A stretch of DNA of 64,000 bases from an uncultured Thermococci archaeon (GTDB lineage Archaea; CAYQAE01; CAYVLA01), in assembly GCA_964549615.1 (NCBI GenBank), contig CAZJVP010000104.1, positions 57,919 to 121,918 of the forward strand, written 5' to 3'. The position numbers and the translations under genes were made by a program. The number at the start of each line of letters is the position of its first letter. Position 1 is the first letter of the stretch. Below are positions 27,597-36,502 of the stretch, in pieces. Below the pieces are notes generated by a model, which was given only the letters and a program-made list of their open reading frames with translations, was not told where the DNA came from and searched no databases.

Positions 27597-28612
27597 TGGA
27601 TATTCTCGATGCCGAGACGCTCGCGGGCATCCTAGTGGCGTCTTTCGGGGTTCCGATGCTCGCCATATCCTACTCGGTTCTGCTTCCCGGGATCGTCAGG
27701 AAGATTCAGGCCCGGATCCAGCAGAGGATCGGCCCAGGGATACTGACGCCGGGTTTCTTCGCGATTCTCAAGTTCATGTTCAAGCACAAGCCCGTGATAA
27801 GCTCGCCGATGCCGACCCTGTACAAGTGGAGCCCGAGCCTGGGGATCGCAGCCATGTACTTCGTGGTCATCTTCCTGACGCCGCAGTGGGCGGGGATACT
27901 CGGCCTGGGAAGCCTGGTGGCCATAATCGGGCTTCTGAAGATCGAGGAGTTCGTCTACGTTGTGATGGGCTATCTTTCCTCCAGCATCCTCTCGGTGAGG
28001 CTTCCGTATCCCGACACGGCGAAGGGCTCCAAGTGGTCCGACGCGCACAGGTCCACCCTCGAGAACTGGGGTTCGGTCAGGATGTGGAAGATGATCGTCT
28101 TCTCATCCCTGCCGCTCTACGTCGCGATGTTCATTCCGGTCGCTTTCGCGGGGTCCATAAGCATAGCGGACATCGTGAACTCGCAGGCGGGAGGCAACTG
28201 TTTCATCTTCAGGGTGCCCGGGGCAATCGGTGCGGCGGTCTACTTCCTGGGGTACGTGGCCATCCTCAACGAATACCCGTTCTCGATCGGAAAGGCCAAA
28301 GCGGATCTGGTGGAGGGGCCAATGCTCGAGCTCGCCAGCAGTTGGAGGGCCAGCTACTACTTGATGAGAGCCCTCGTGATGTTCGCCGTCTCGAGCATCT
28401 TCGTCACCCTCTTCTTCGGGGTGCCGCTCGACCCATTGAACGGCTATCGAATCATCGTGCACCTTGTGCTCGTCTTGGTCCTCCCCGCTCTCGGTGCTGT
28501 CCTGAGCGCTTTTAGCCCGATTTTGACGTTTAGACAGGTGGTACCCGTGTCCGTGGTTGCCACCGTGGTCGGTTTCTTCACCTTCGTGATATCGATGGGG
28601 GTTGGCGGATGA
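27593..28612 (+). CDS. ehbO: Ehb subunit O (NuoH/HycD-like membrane subunit)
   Basis: RKIQARIQQRIGPG, EYPFSI...ADLVEGPMLE. Confidence 0.9.
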   Translation: MMDILDAETLAGILVASFGVPMLAISYSVLLPGIVRKIQARIQQRIGPGILTPGFFAILKFMFKHKPVISSPMPTLYKWSPSLGIAAMYFVVIFLTPQWAGILGLGSLVAIIGLLKIEEFVYVVMGYLSSSILSVRLPYPDTAKGSKWSDAHRSTLENWGSVRMWKMIVFSSLPLYVAMFIPVAFAGSISIADIVNSQAGGNCFIFRVPGAIGAAVYFLGYVAILNEYPFSIGKAKADLVEGPMLELASSWRASYYLMRALVMFAVSSIFVTLFFGVPLDPLNGYRIIVHLVLVLVLPALGAVLSAFSPILTFRQVVPVSVVATVVGFFTFVISMGVGG

Positions 28613-28872
28613 AGTTCGCAGTTGAGCCAGGAAAGGTGTTCAATCTCGGAGGATACATCGTCGAGAACGTGGCCAAGCTACCCTACCGTGATCTCGTCGT
28701 GGGAAACCACCTGAAGGAGCCGGTGAAGATAGACGTGCCGATCTACTCCGAACAGATGGTGAACGCGATCAGGGAGTCCGGGCTGATAGTGCGACCCGTG
28801 AGGCAGGGCGAGGATCTAGTCGATGCCATCAATCGTGTCAAGAAGGCCTTGGAGGTCTGGCAGGGGGCATAG
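28609..28872 (+). CDS. ehbP: Ehb subunit P
   Basis: MKF...LGGYIVE...PYRDLVVGN...EPVKIDVPIY...GLIVRPV matches my recollection of EhbP; operon position. Confidence 0.85.
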   Translation: MKFAVEPGKVFNLGGYIVENVAKLPYRDLVVGNHLKEPVKIDVPIYSEQMVNAIRESGLIVRPVRQGEDLVDAINRVKKALEVWQGA

Positions 28873-28875
28873 CAG

Positions 28876-29097
28876 GTGGCAAAGGAGGACCTCGAAGCGT
28901 GGAGTGGAGCGCAGAGATCCCTTCCCGTCTTGGTCGGCCTAGTGTGGATGGCCGTGGGGCTTGCCGTTTCCACCCTGTCGATTATGGAGATCGCCAACCG
29001 CTGGGAGTACCTCCCATGGGGAGTAGCGATGGTGCTGGGCGGGCTGTTTGTCCTTTACCTCAGGCTGGCCGTTCTCCCCAGCGTGCGGAGACTCTAG
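28876..29097 (+). CDS. small 2-TM hypothetical protein at the end of the ehb operon
   Basis: Two hydrophobic helices; 3 bp after ehbP. Confidence 0.55.
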   Translation: MAKEDLEAWSGAQRSLPVLVGLVWMAVGLAVSTLSIMEIANRWEYLPWGVAMVLGGLFVLYLRLAVLPSVRRL

Positions 29098-29142
29098 CCG
29101 GCGTTACTGGTGCATGCCCCCTCGCAGCCAAGGCATGCACGG

Positions 29143-30021
29143 CTATTCCTCGTCGCCGGTTTCTCTTATCCTTCCCGGGAGGAGTTCACGCCTGTACTGC
29201 CTATCGACCAGCTTCCCGAGTATCTCCACTTCCCGGTAGAGGTAGGCGTCGAGCACGGGCGATGGCCGTGCGATGACTAGGTCGCTGAGGTTCTCGTATC
29301 TAGCCAAGACGTACCGAACCTCTCTTCCATAGCTGGTGCCTGCCGGCAAGAGGACCTCAATCTCTTTTCTCACCAGCACTCCTTTGTACACGGTCTCGGG
29401 CGAGAGCTCCTTCTTGTACGATGGGTCTATCTCGTACACGATCTTGCCGCCAAAACTGGCCCTCGAATAGTGCAGGTAATACCCCGCGAAGACGATGGAC
29501 CCTGCGCAGGCGACCGCGCAAACCCGGAGAATCCATGTTATTTGGTCCGCATCCAGGGAGGGAATCCTAACTCTGTCCAACCCCCAGTCGGGGTCCATGT
29601 GGACGTAGGCGAGGACGATGAGGCCGAGGAATAGTTTGCCGAGGATCAAGAACCAGGCTGGATACCAAGAAACGATCAGAGGGTACATCCCTGGATGATC
29701 GGGGAATGGGCTGAACGCAGGGTAGCCGCGCAGATGATAGTAGAAGGAATCTTCGAACGCCCAGAAAGCCAAGTTGAACCCAAGAAGGGTCGTCCCGTCC
29801 CGCAGTGACCGCTTCGTGGCAGCGTACATGGGGAAAAAGCCGAGCCAACATCCGTAGGATAGCCCCCAGTATAGCGCGGTCAGGGTCCCCCAGGGGATTC
29901 TGGGGGCGACGAGCAGGTCCACCACCAGGAAGGCGAAGAAAAGAAGGAAAGCTAGGCAAAATAGCTCGATGGCCGGATGCTCCTCGAAGAACCGGTGCAA
30001 GGATTCCTCATCTCCTGCCAT
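29143..30021 (-). CDS. multi-pass membrane hypothetical protein
   Basis: About 5 TM plus a soluble tail, AFEDSFYY motif; SD GGAGG before ATG 30021. Confidence 0.7.
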   Translation of the reverse strand: MAGDEESLHRFFEEHPAIELFCLAFLLFFAFLVVDLLVAPRIPWGTLTALYWGLSYGCWLGFFPMYAATKRSLRDGTTLLGFNLAFWAFEDSFYYHLRGYPAFSPFPDHPGMYPLIVSWYPAWFLILGKLFLGLIVLAYVHMDPDWGLDRVRIPSLDADQITWILRVCAVACAGSIVFAGYYLHYSRASFGGKIVYEIDPSYKKELSPETVYKGVLVRKEIEVLLPAGTSYGREVRYVLARYENLSDLVIARPSPVLDAYLYREVEILGKLVDRQYRRELLPGRIRETGDEE

Positions 30022-30569
30022 GTTCCTCCACAGGCGTGTCGCGGATTGCCCTGAAGGGCATTTCCCATCTGGGTAATGAAACCGCGCTTCCTGCTGGCCG
30101 GTATCCAGGATCCGTCCAAGGTGCACCCCCTATTGGCGGCGTTCCGGGACGCGTACATGGAGAAGGCCGGGTACGTGAAGCTCCGCCATCTACTTTTCGA
30201 TTTGCTGAAGATGGGCGCCTGCTGATCGCGTAGACGGTAGGATTGAGCCCGGAGCAGAGGTCGCGCCCGCCGGCATCCTTGTAGCCGTAAGGGCGGCGAC
30301 CGGCAAGATCGGCCTCGTTCATGTAAGGCGCCTGCGACTTCATCCCCCGCCTATGGTGAACGGCTGCTAGGAAGGGCCATAAATGTTTCCGGGGAAACCG
30401 GGATTGCCCCAAGATGGGCGACCATCGGTGGCGATCGAGTCGGGGTGCGTCCGTCGTCGCAGAAGCCGCCTGCATTTGAGGCAACGAACGCCGCCGGTAC
30501 GCTAAAGTGAGAGACGGAGACGGAGGCCGACGGAACAGATTAATAGACGTTTCGGCCCCTTGGCTCCTC

Positions 30570-32657
30570 ATGCGATCCAGATCGTCTGCCGAGTATCCCC
30601 AGGCCTCTCGGCATTTCTATGACGAGTCAAATGGTTTGCCATCGAACGCCGTCCACGCAATGGCACGCCGAGGTAACGAGATCTGGGCAGGGACGGAGCG
30701 TGGGATAGCTGTCTATGCCAGGGGCTCATGGAAGCCCCGCATGGAGCGTGGTTGGCCAGCTGGGCGCGTGGATAGGCTGTACGCTCTCAGCAAGGGCATG
30801 GTCGTGGCCCGATGCGATGGGAAAACGATGGTCTTTGAAAGAGGCAGGTGGTCAGACGACGCAGGGCCCGTCGGCCTCGTTGGGGCGGTAGAGGACCAGC
30901 AAGGCACCATCTGGGCACTCTCCGCTGACGGCCTGTGGACGCTCGGAGACAAGGGCTGGAAGCTCCGAAAGGCCAACGACGACGCAGTCGTGTTCACAGA
31001 CTTCATATGGCTCAGAGAGGAAAGGGGAGTAGCCGGGACCACGGACGGACTATTCTTCCTGCAGGGCAAGCGCCTGTACTGGTACATCGTCGAGGCCCAC
31101 GAGGAGGGGCTGCTGAGCGAAGATGTCAGGGCGCTGTGCGAAGACACCTGGGGAGATCTCTGGATCGCCACCGATCGCGGGATCTCGATCTACAGGCCTC
31201 CGAATGGCTGGTGTTCTCTGACGGGCGCTGACGGATTACCCATCGAGAGCTTGACGAAGGCCAGGGCGGGGCCTCCGGGAGTCCTTTGGTTCGGAAGCGA
31301 CAGCGGCCTCCTGCGGCTTAGGGACGGCGTATGGAACTACTACGCCTCGCGAAGGTACCTTCCGGACGACCGCGTAAACGACATCCTTCCTGGAGCGAAG
31401 GGGGACGTCTGGGTTGCGACGCCCGGTGGCATCTCGCACATCACCTATGAAAATATGACCTTGGCGGAGAAGGCCGATCGCTATGCTCGTTTGACGGAGA
31501 GATACCACAAGAGGCGCGGATACGTCACGGTGAGGTGGTTGAAGGAACCGGGCAATCTCGAGTCGGGCCATGTTGAGATATCGGACAACGATGGCACATG
31601 GACCGGGCTGTACCTCGCAGCACAGTCGTTCAGGTACGCGGTAACGAAGGATCCGGAGGTCAAACGCCTTGTCTCAGAGTCGCTAGATGCACTGCTCTAT
31701 CTGGAGGCAGTCACCGGGATTCCGGGCTTTCCGGCGCGTGCGGTCCGAGTTGAGGGGGAGCCGGGTTTTGGGAATGGGCATCCGGAGTGGCATCGCTGCG
31801 CCGACGGGAAGACCGAGTGGAAGGGTGATACCAGTTCGGACGAGATCGACGGCCAGTTCTTCGGGCTCTCCATATGCTACGACCTTGCCGCAGACGAGGA
31901 TGAGAGGGCTCGAATAAGGGCGACCGTAAAGAGGATCGTTGACTACATAATCTCTAACGGCTACCTGTTGGTGGATTGCGATGGGAAACCAACGACCTGG
32001 GGAGTCTGGGCGCCCGAACTGCTCAACCGGGACGATCGGTGGCGCATGCAGAGAGGGCTGAACTCACTCGAGATGATCTCACACCTCAAGGTGGCGTATC
32101 ACATGACGGGCGAAAGGAAGTATCAAGACGAATACGAGAAGATGGTGAAGATGCACCATTACGCTCTGAACTCGATCAAGCAGAGGATCACGGTGCTGGG
32201 CAAGCATACCTGGCACGATGACCAACTGGCGATGCTCTCCTACTACCCGCTTCTGCTCTACGAGAAGGACCCGGATCTAAGGCAGATCCTCCTCCTTAGC
32301 TTGGAGAGGACCTGGCAGCAGCTGAGGGAGATGCGTTACCCCCTGTGGAACTTCATTTACGGGGCAGTTACCCGCAAGCCCTGCGATTCCGAGGCATCTG
32401 TAGATTTCTTGGCAAGGCTGCCCCTTGACTTGGTCAAGTGGGACATCAAGAATAGCGTAAGGGCCGACCTCAAGAGAAACCCAGAGGACCCGAGCCTTGC
32501 CGCGGTTCCAATACCTGCGGATGAACGAACCATCGAGAACTCGGATGGCTGCTTCTTCAGAATTGACGGCGGCTTCCACGGGATGGCGGCCCAGGACGGC
32601 ACGATCTATCTTCTGCCGTACTGGATGGCCCGCTACCACGGGCTGATCGATGCCTAG
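30570..32657 (+). CDS. beta-propeller (two-component-regulator-propeller repeats) fused to a helical catalytic-like domain
   Basis: Repeated GLPSNxV, LWIATDRGI, LWFGSDSGL, VWVATPGGI blades; C-terminal DNDGTWTGLY and KGDTSSDE motifs. Confidence 0.8.
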   Translation: MRSRSSAEYPQASRHFYDESNGLPSNAVHAMARRGNEIWAGTERGIAVYARGSWKPRMERGWPAGRVDRLYALSKGMVVARCDGKTMVFERGRWSDDAGPVGLVGAVEDQQGTIWALSADGLWTLGDKGWKLRKANDDAVVFTDFIWLREERGVAGTTDGLFFLQGKRLYWYIVEAHEEGLLSEDVRALCEDTWGDLWIATDRGISIYRPPNGWCSLTGADGLPIESLTKARAGPPGVLWFGSDSGLLRLRDGVWNYYASRRYLPDDRVNDILPGAKGDVWVATPGGISHITYENMTLAEKADRYARLTERYHKRRGYVTVRWLKEPGNLESGHVEISDNDGTWTGLYLAAQSFRYAVTKDPEVKRLVSESLDALLYLEAVTGIPGFPARAVRVEGEPGFGNGHPEWHRCADGKTEWKGDTSSDEIDGQFFGLSICYDLAADEDERARIRATVKRIVDYIISNGYLLVDCDGKPTTWGVWAPELLNRDDRWRMQRGLNSLEMISHLKVAYHMTGERKYQDEYEKMVKMHHYALNSIKQRITVLGKHTWHDDQLAMLSYYPLLLYEKDPDLRQILLLSLERTWQQLREMRYPLWNFIYGAVTRKPCDSEASVDFLARLPLDLVKWDIKNSVRADLKRNPEDPSLAAVPIPADERTIENSDGCFFRIDGGFHGMAAQDGTIYLLPYWMARYHGLIDA

Positions 32658-32678
32658 CCCCATTAACAATCGTCATGA

Positions 32679-32717
32679 GACAGGACTGTTGGCGAGGACA
32701 GGACTGTTGGCGAGGAC
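32679..32717 (+). repeat. 18-bp tandem duplication (GACAGGACTGTTGGCGAG x2.2)
   Basis: Two perfect adjacent copies at 32679-32696 and 32697-32714. Confidence 0.9.
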
Positions 32718-32718
32718 G

Positions 32719-33717
32719 ATGAAGCCACGCGTGCTGATGGCGGTCGATCCCAAGCTCAGGGACGAGATCTTCAGCCAAGATGCCTTGCGAAGACTGGAGT
32801 CCTTCTCGTCCGCAACCTACCATCCCGGCCCGGGCAGCATGACAGCCGAGGAGCTAGCAAGGAGGATTCCGCGCTTTGAGGGCCTGATCACCTGTTGGGG
32901 TTCGCCCAGGATAACCCCCGAGATCGTGGCGAAGGCGAAGAGACTGCGGATCATCTCGCACTCTGCCGGCAGCGTCAGGCCGTATGTGTGTGATGAGGTT
33001 TTCATGAAGGGGATCTGCGTCACCAACGCATCCTCGGCGATCGCGGTCTCGGTTGCTGAGACCACGATTGGGCTTATCATTGCCTCCCTGAGGCATCTCT
33101 TCGAATACGATGATCACCTGCGCAGCGGTCGTGAGGAGAAGCCAGACTTCGGGGCATCCCATGAGCTGACCGGTCGCACCGTGGGGATCATCGGCATGGG
33201 CGAAGTCGGGAGGAGGGTGATGGCGTTCCTCAAGCCATTCTCATGCAGAATCCTGGTTTACGACCCCTACAAGTCCGCGGCCGAGATCGAGGAGGCAGGG
33301 GGACTTCCCGCCCAGCTTGGGGACCTGATGTCTCAGTCGGAGATCGTGTCGATACACGCTCCAAACATACCATCGAACCGACGCATGATCAGCCGGGATC
33401 TCTTGGCGCGTCTGCGCGATGGCGCCGTATTGGTGAACACGGCGAGGGGGGAGTTGATAGACGAGGACGCCCTCATCGAGGAGGTCAGGTCTGGTAGGAT
33501 CAGCTGTGCCCTGGACGTTTTCGAGGCGAACGCCCGGGAGGTCGCCAGAAGATTGGCGGGGGCCGGCAATGTCATCATGACTCCCCATATCGCCGGGAAA
33601 GCGGTGGAGACCCGGCGCAGGCAGGGGGAGGTGGTGGTGGAAGACATGAGGCTGTTCTTCAGCGGGGGGACTCCGAGAAACATCGTTTCGAAGGAGATGC
33701 TGGAGTGGATGGCCTAG
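32719..33717 (+). CDS. D-isomer-specific 2-hydroxyacid dehydrogenase
   Basis: HSAGSV, VGIIGMGEVG, VNTARG, LDVFE, TPHIAG. Confidence 0.93.
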   Translation: MKPRVLMAVDPKLRDEIFSQDALRRLESFSSATYHPGPGSMTAEELARRIPRFEGLITCWGSPRITPEIVAKAKRLRIISHSAGSVRPYVCDEVFMKGICVTNASSAIAVSVAETTIGLIIASLRHLFEYDDHLRSGREEKPDFGASHELTGRTVGIIGMGEVGRRVMAFLKPFSCRILVYDPYKSAAEIEEAGGLPAQLGDLMSQSEIVSIHAPNIPSNRRMISRDLLARLRDGAVLVNTARGELIDEDALIEEVRSGRISCALDVFEANAREVARRLAGAGNVIMTPHIAGKAVETRRRQGEVVVEDMRLFFSGGTPRNIVSKEMLEWMA

Positions 33718-33790
33718 GCTCCAGTGCGGGCGGTTGGGGTTCATCTGGGTCGAGCCTGCTTGTTTAGCCCGGCTTCCTGCGGCTGGGCGT

Positions 33791-34633
33791 TCATCTCGCG
33801 GGCACCCCTCGTTGGCCAAGACGCGACCACAGCCTCTTTCCCATCAGTGCCAAGACCAGGCTGACGCAGGACACGATGACGATCGGGGGTCCAGGGTCAA
33901 GATCGTACAGCACGGAGAGGGACAGCCCGATCGTCACAAGCACCATGCCGACTACGACGGCGAGGCCCATCATGCGCTTCATGTCGTGCGTGAACAGGCC
34001 GCTGATCGTCGCTGGGATGGTGAGGAGCGCTATGGCGAGGACCACGCCGACGACCCTCAACAGCAGGACCACCGTCAAAGCGATCAGAACCAGGAGAAGC
34101 AAATACAGGCTCCCGGTCGGGATCCCCGAAATCTTCGCGAATTCCTCGTCAAATGTGATGGCGAGCAGCTGCTTGTACATGCACACAACGACGAGGACGA
34201 TTGCGATAGTGAGGCCGACCATGAAAAGGAGGTCCCGAGAGCCCACGAGAACGATGCTGCCGAAGAGGATCGTCATCGGATCGGGCACGATGCCCGGAGC
34301 CTTTGTGATGAAGAGGATTCCCAGCGCCATGCCCATCACCCAGAGCACGCCTATGGTGGAGTCCTCCCTCAGGCGGGTCTTCATGCTGGTGATGCCAAGG
34401 GTGACGGCGGTGCCGACCGCGAAGAGCACTGCCCCGAGGATGGGCTCGAACCCCAGCAGGTAAGCGAGGCCTATGCCGCCGAAGCAGGTGTGGGCGATTC
34501 CTCCGCTGATGAAGACCAACCGCTTGACGACGACGTAGGTGCCGATGATGCCGCAAGCGACGCTGGCTAGGAGTCCGGCGATGAACATGTTCCGGATGAA
34601 AGCGAACTCGGCCAACGGTCCAAGGAGGCTCAT
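33791..34633 (-). CDS. Zn/Mn ABC transporter permease (ZnuB-like)
   Basis: GTYVVVKRLVFISGGIAH, EDSTIG, ILFGSI, TFDEEFA. Confidence 0.93.
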   Translation of the reverse strand: MSLLGPLAEFAFIRNMFIAGLLASVACGIIGTYVVVKRLVFISGGIAHTCFGGIGLAYLLGFEPILGAVLFAVGTAVTLGITSMKTRLREDSTIGVLWVMGMALGILFITKAPGIVPDPMTILFGSIVLVGSRDLLFMVGLTIAIVLVVVCMYKQLLAITFDEEFAKISGIPTGSLYLLLLVLIALTVVLLLRVVGVVLAIALLTIPATISGLFTHDMKRMMGLAVVVGMVLVTIGLSLSVLYDLDPGPPIVIVSCVSLVLALMGKRLWSRLGQRGVPAR

Positions 34634-35373
34634 TGGTGTTCCTCGAAGACTCGGTGCGGCAGGCCATGGGCTATCAGTTCCACTGGGCACTGGTAGGTTT
34701 CCTCGATGTCTTCCTTCGTCAGCTGTTTCTCATCGTGGATGATGAGGCGGCGATTGAGACAAGCGACCCTTCTCACGCGGGAGGAGACGACGCCGATATC
34801 GTGCGTGACGATGACGATCGTGATGTCCCTGTTGAGCTCTGCAAGAAGGTCGTAGAGATTCGTCTGAACCTTCATGTCGATGCCCGCTGTTGGCTCGTCC
34901 AGTAGGAGTATCTGCGGCCTGACTGCCAGCGCCCTTGCGATGAAGACCCGTTGCCTCTGGCCACCCGACAGGTCGTTGATCTGTCGCTGACGGTAGTCGA
35001 GCATGTCGACGGCTCTGAGGGCCTCGGTCGCAATCTCCCTATCCTCCTTGGAGTAGCCGGGCATCCCCCCGCGGTTGGAAAGGCGCCCCATGAGCACGAT
35101 GTCCCACACGCTTATGGGGAAGTCCTTGTCGTACCGGGCGTGCTGGGGAACGTACCCGATCTTGCCCCTGGCCTTGGCCGGCGGCTGGCCCAGCACCGTC
35201 ACCTTGCCCCTCCAAGGAGCCACTAGCCCCAAGGCCGTCTTGAGGAGCGTGGTTTTCCCGCCACCGTTCGGCCCAAGGATGGCCAGGTAGTCTCCGCGAA
35301 GAACGGACAGGTTGATGGCTTCAAGGACCGGGACATGGTCGTACCGGACCCACACATCCTCGAACCGGATCAC
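34630..35373 (-). CDS. Zn/Mn ABC transporter ATPase (ZnuC-like)
   Basis: GPNGGGKTT, LSGGQRQR, LLDEPT, VTHD, HGLPHRV; start uncertain (GTG 35373 or ATT 35388). Confidence 0.93.
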   Translation of the reverse strand: MIRFEDVWVRYDHVPVLEAINLSVLRGDYLAILGPNGGGKTTLLKTALGLVAPWRGKVTVLGQPPAKARGKIGYVPQHARYDKDFPISVWDIVLMGRLSNRGGMPGYSKEDREIATEALRAVDMLDYRQRQINDLSGGQRQRVFIARALAVRPQILLLDEPTAGIDMKVQTNLYDLLAELNRDITIVIVTHDIGVVSSRVRRVACLNRRLIIHDEKQLTKEDIEETYQCPVELIAHGLPHRVFEEHQ

Positions 35374-35477
35374 TTCTTCGGGCTGAATACGGGTTCCCTC
35401 CCCAGATGGCGCGTGAAGCTGCCGCCTTTCTGAAATGGGTGGCCGCAGAAGCTTATTAAAGTGCCGCCGCACGCCAT

Positions 35478-36365
35478 TTAGTTGGCGGTTTTGGTTGCGA
35501 GTCCTTGGGCAAGCTTCGCCGCTACGTCCCTGAGGTTTTCGATGTAGTTCTCGGCCAAAGGGTCAACGGACACCACGGTGCCTCCGATCTCCTCGGCGAT
35601 GGTCTTGGCGCTCGATGAATCGAACTGCGGCGAGACGAACACGACCCGGATTCCGTTCTCCTTGGCCTGCTTCACCAGGGCGAGGATGCCGGTCGGGCCC
35701 GGCCGCTTGCCGGCCTCCTCAACCGCCAGCTCTTGGATTGCGTAATCTCTGGCGAAATATGCCCATGCCGGGTGATACACGAGGAACGAACAGCCCTCCT
35801 TTCCGCTGAAAAGCTGCCTTAGCTCCAAGTCGAGTTGGTCAAGGCGCGATAGGTAGGCGTCGCGCCTTTCCGTGTAGTAGCCCTCGTTTTCCCTGTCGAT
35901 CTCCACTAGGCCGTCGCACATGTTCCTCACCATCTGCTTGGCGTTCGTTGGCGAGAGCCAGATGTGTGGGTCTTTGCCTCCCTCGTGTTCGCCTCCCTCG
36001 ATGAGATCTATGCCCTTGGAGCAGTCCACGACTCTTAGGGCTTTGTTCTGCGCCGTGATCTCGTCCATGTGGGCGATCTCGAATTCGACTCCGCTGCCGA
36101 CCTTGAAGTAGATGCTGGCTTGCGCAACGGCGGCCATCTGCCCCGGCGTCGGGGAGTAGGTGTGCGGGTTTGCGTTCGGCGGGACCATCACGGTAACCCT
36201 TATCCTGTCGCCCCCGATGGCTTCGACCATCTCCTTCTGGGGCAGGATCGTCACGATCACGCCGATCTTGTCCTCGTCGGCCTTGCGGATGCAGCCGTGG
36301 AGGATGGTCGCTAGAACGAGCGCGGCAAGGATCACGATGAGTTCGACGCGAGGCCTTGCCCTCAC
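35478..36365 (-). CDS. Zn/Mn ABC transporter substrate-binding lipoprotein (ZnuA/TroA-like)
   Basis: Lipobox-like LHGC, PHTYSP, DPHIWLSP, YHPAWAYF, DPL. Confidence 0.93.
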   Translation of the reverse strand: MRARPRVELIVILAALVLATILHGCIRKADEDKIGVIVTILPQKEMVEAIGGDRIRVTVMVPPNANPHTYSPTPGQMAAVAQASIYFKVGSGVEFEIAHMDEITAQNKALRVVDCSKGIDLIEGGEHEGGKDPHIWLSPTNAKQMVRNMCDGLVEIDRENEGYYTERRDAYLSRLDQLDLELRQLFSGKEGCSFLVYHPAWAYFARDYAIQELAVEEAGKRPGPTGILALVKQAKENGIRVVFVSPQFDSSSAKTIAEEIGGTVVSVDPLAENYIENLRDVAAKLAQGLATKTAN

Positions 36366-36502
36366 GGTAGCCGGTCTGTGTTCTCGGGTTAAATGTCTTC
36401 GTACAATGGGCAGCTTGGACTGATCGTTGGCACCGGCAGTGCCTTTCTGGCAGATGGCAGATGGGCTACATTTTTCTCCCAAGTAGTCGGGCTCTGCGCG
36501 GC

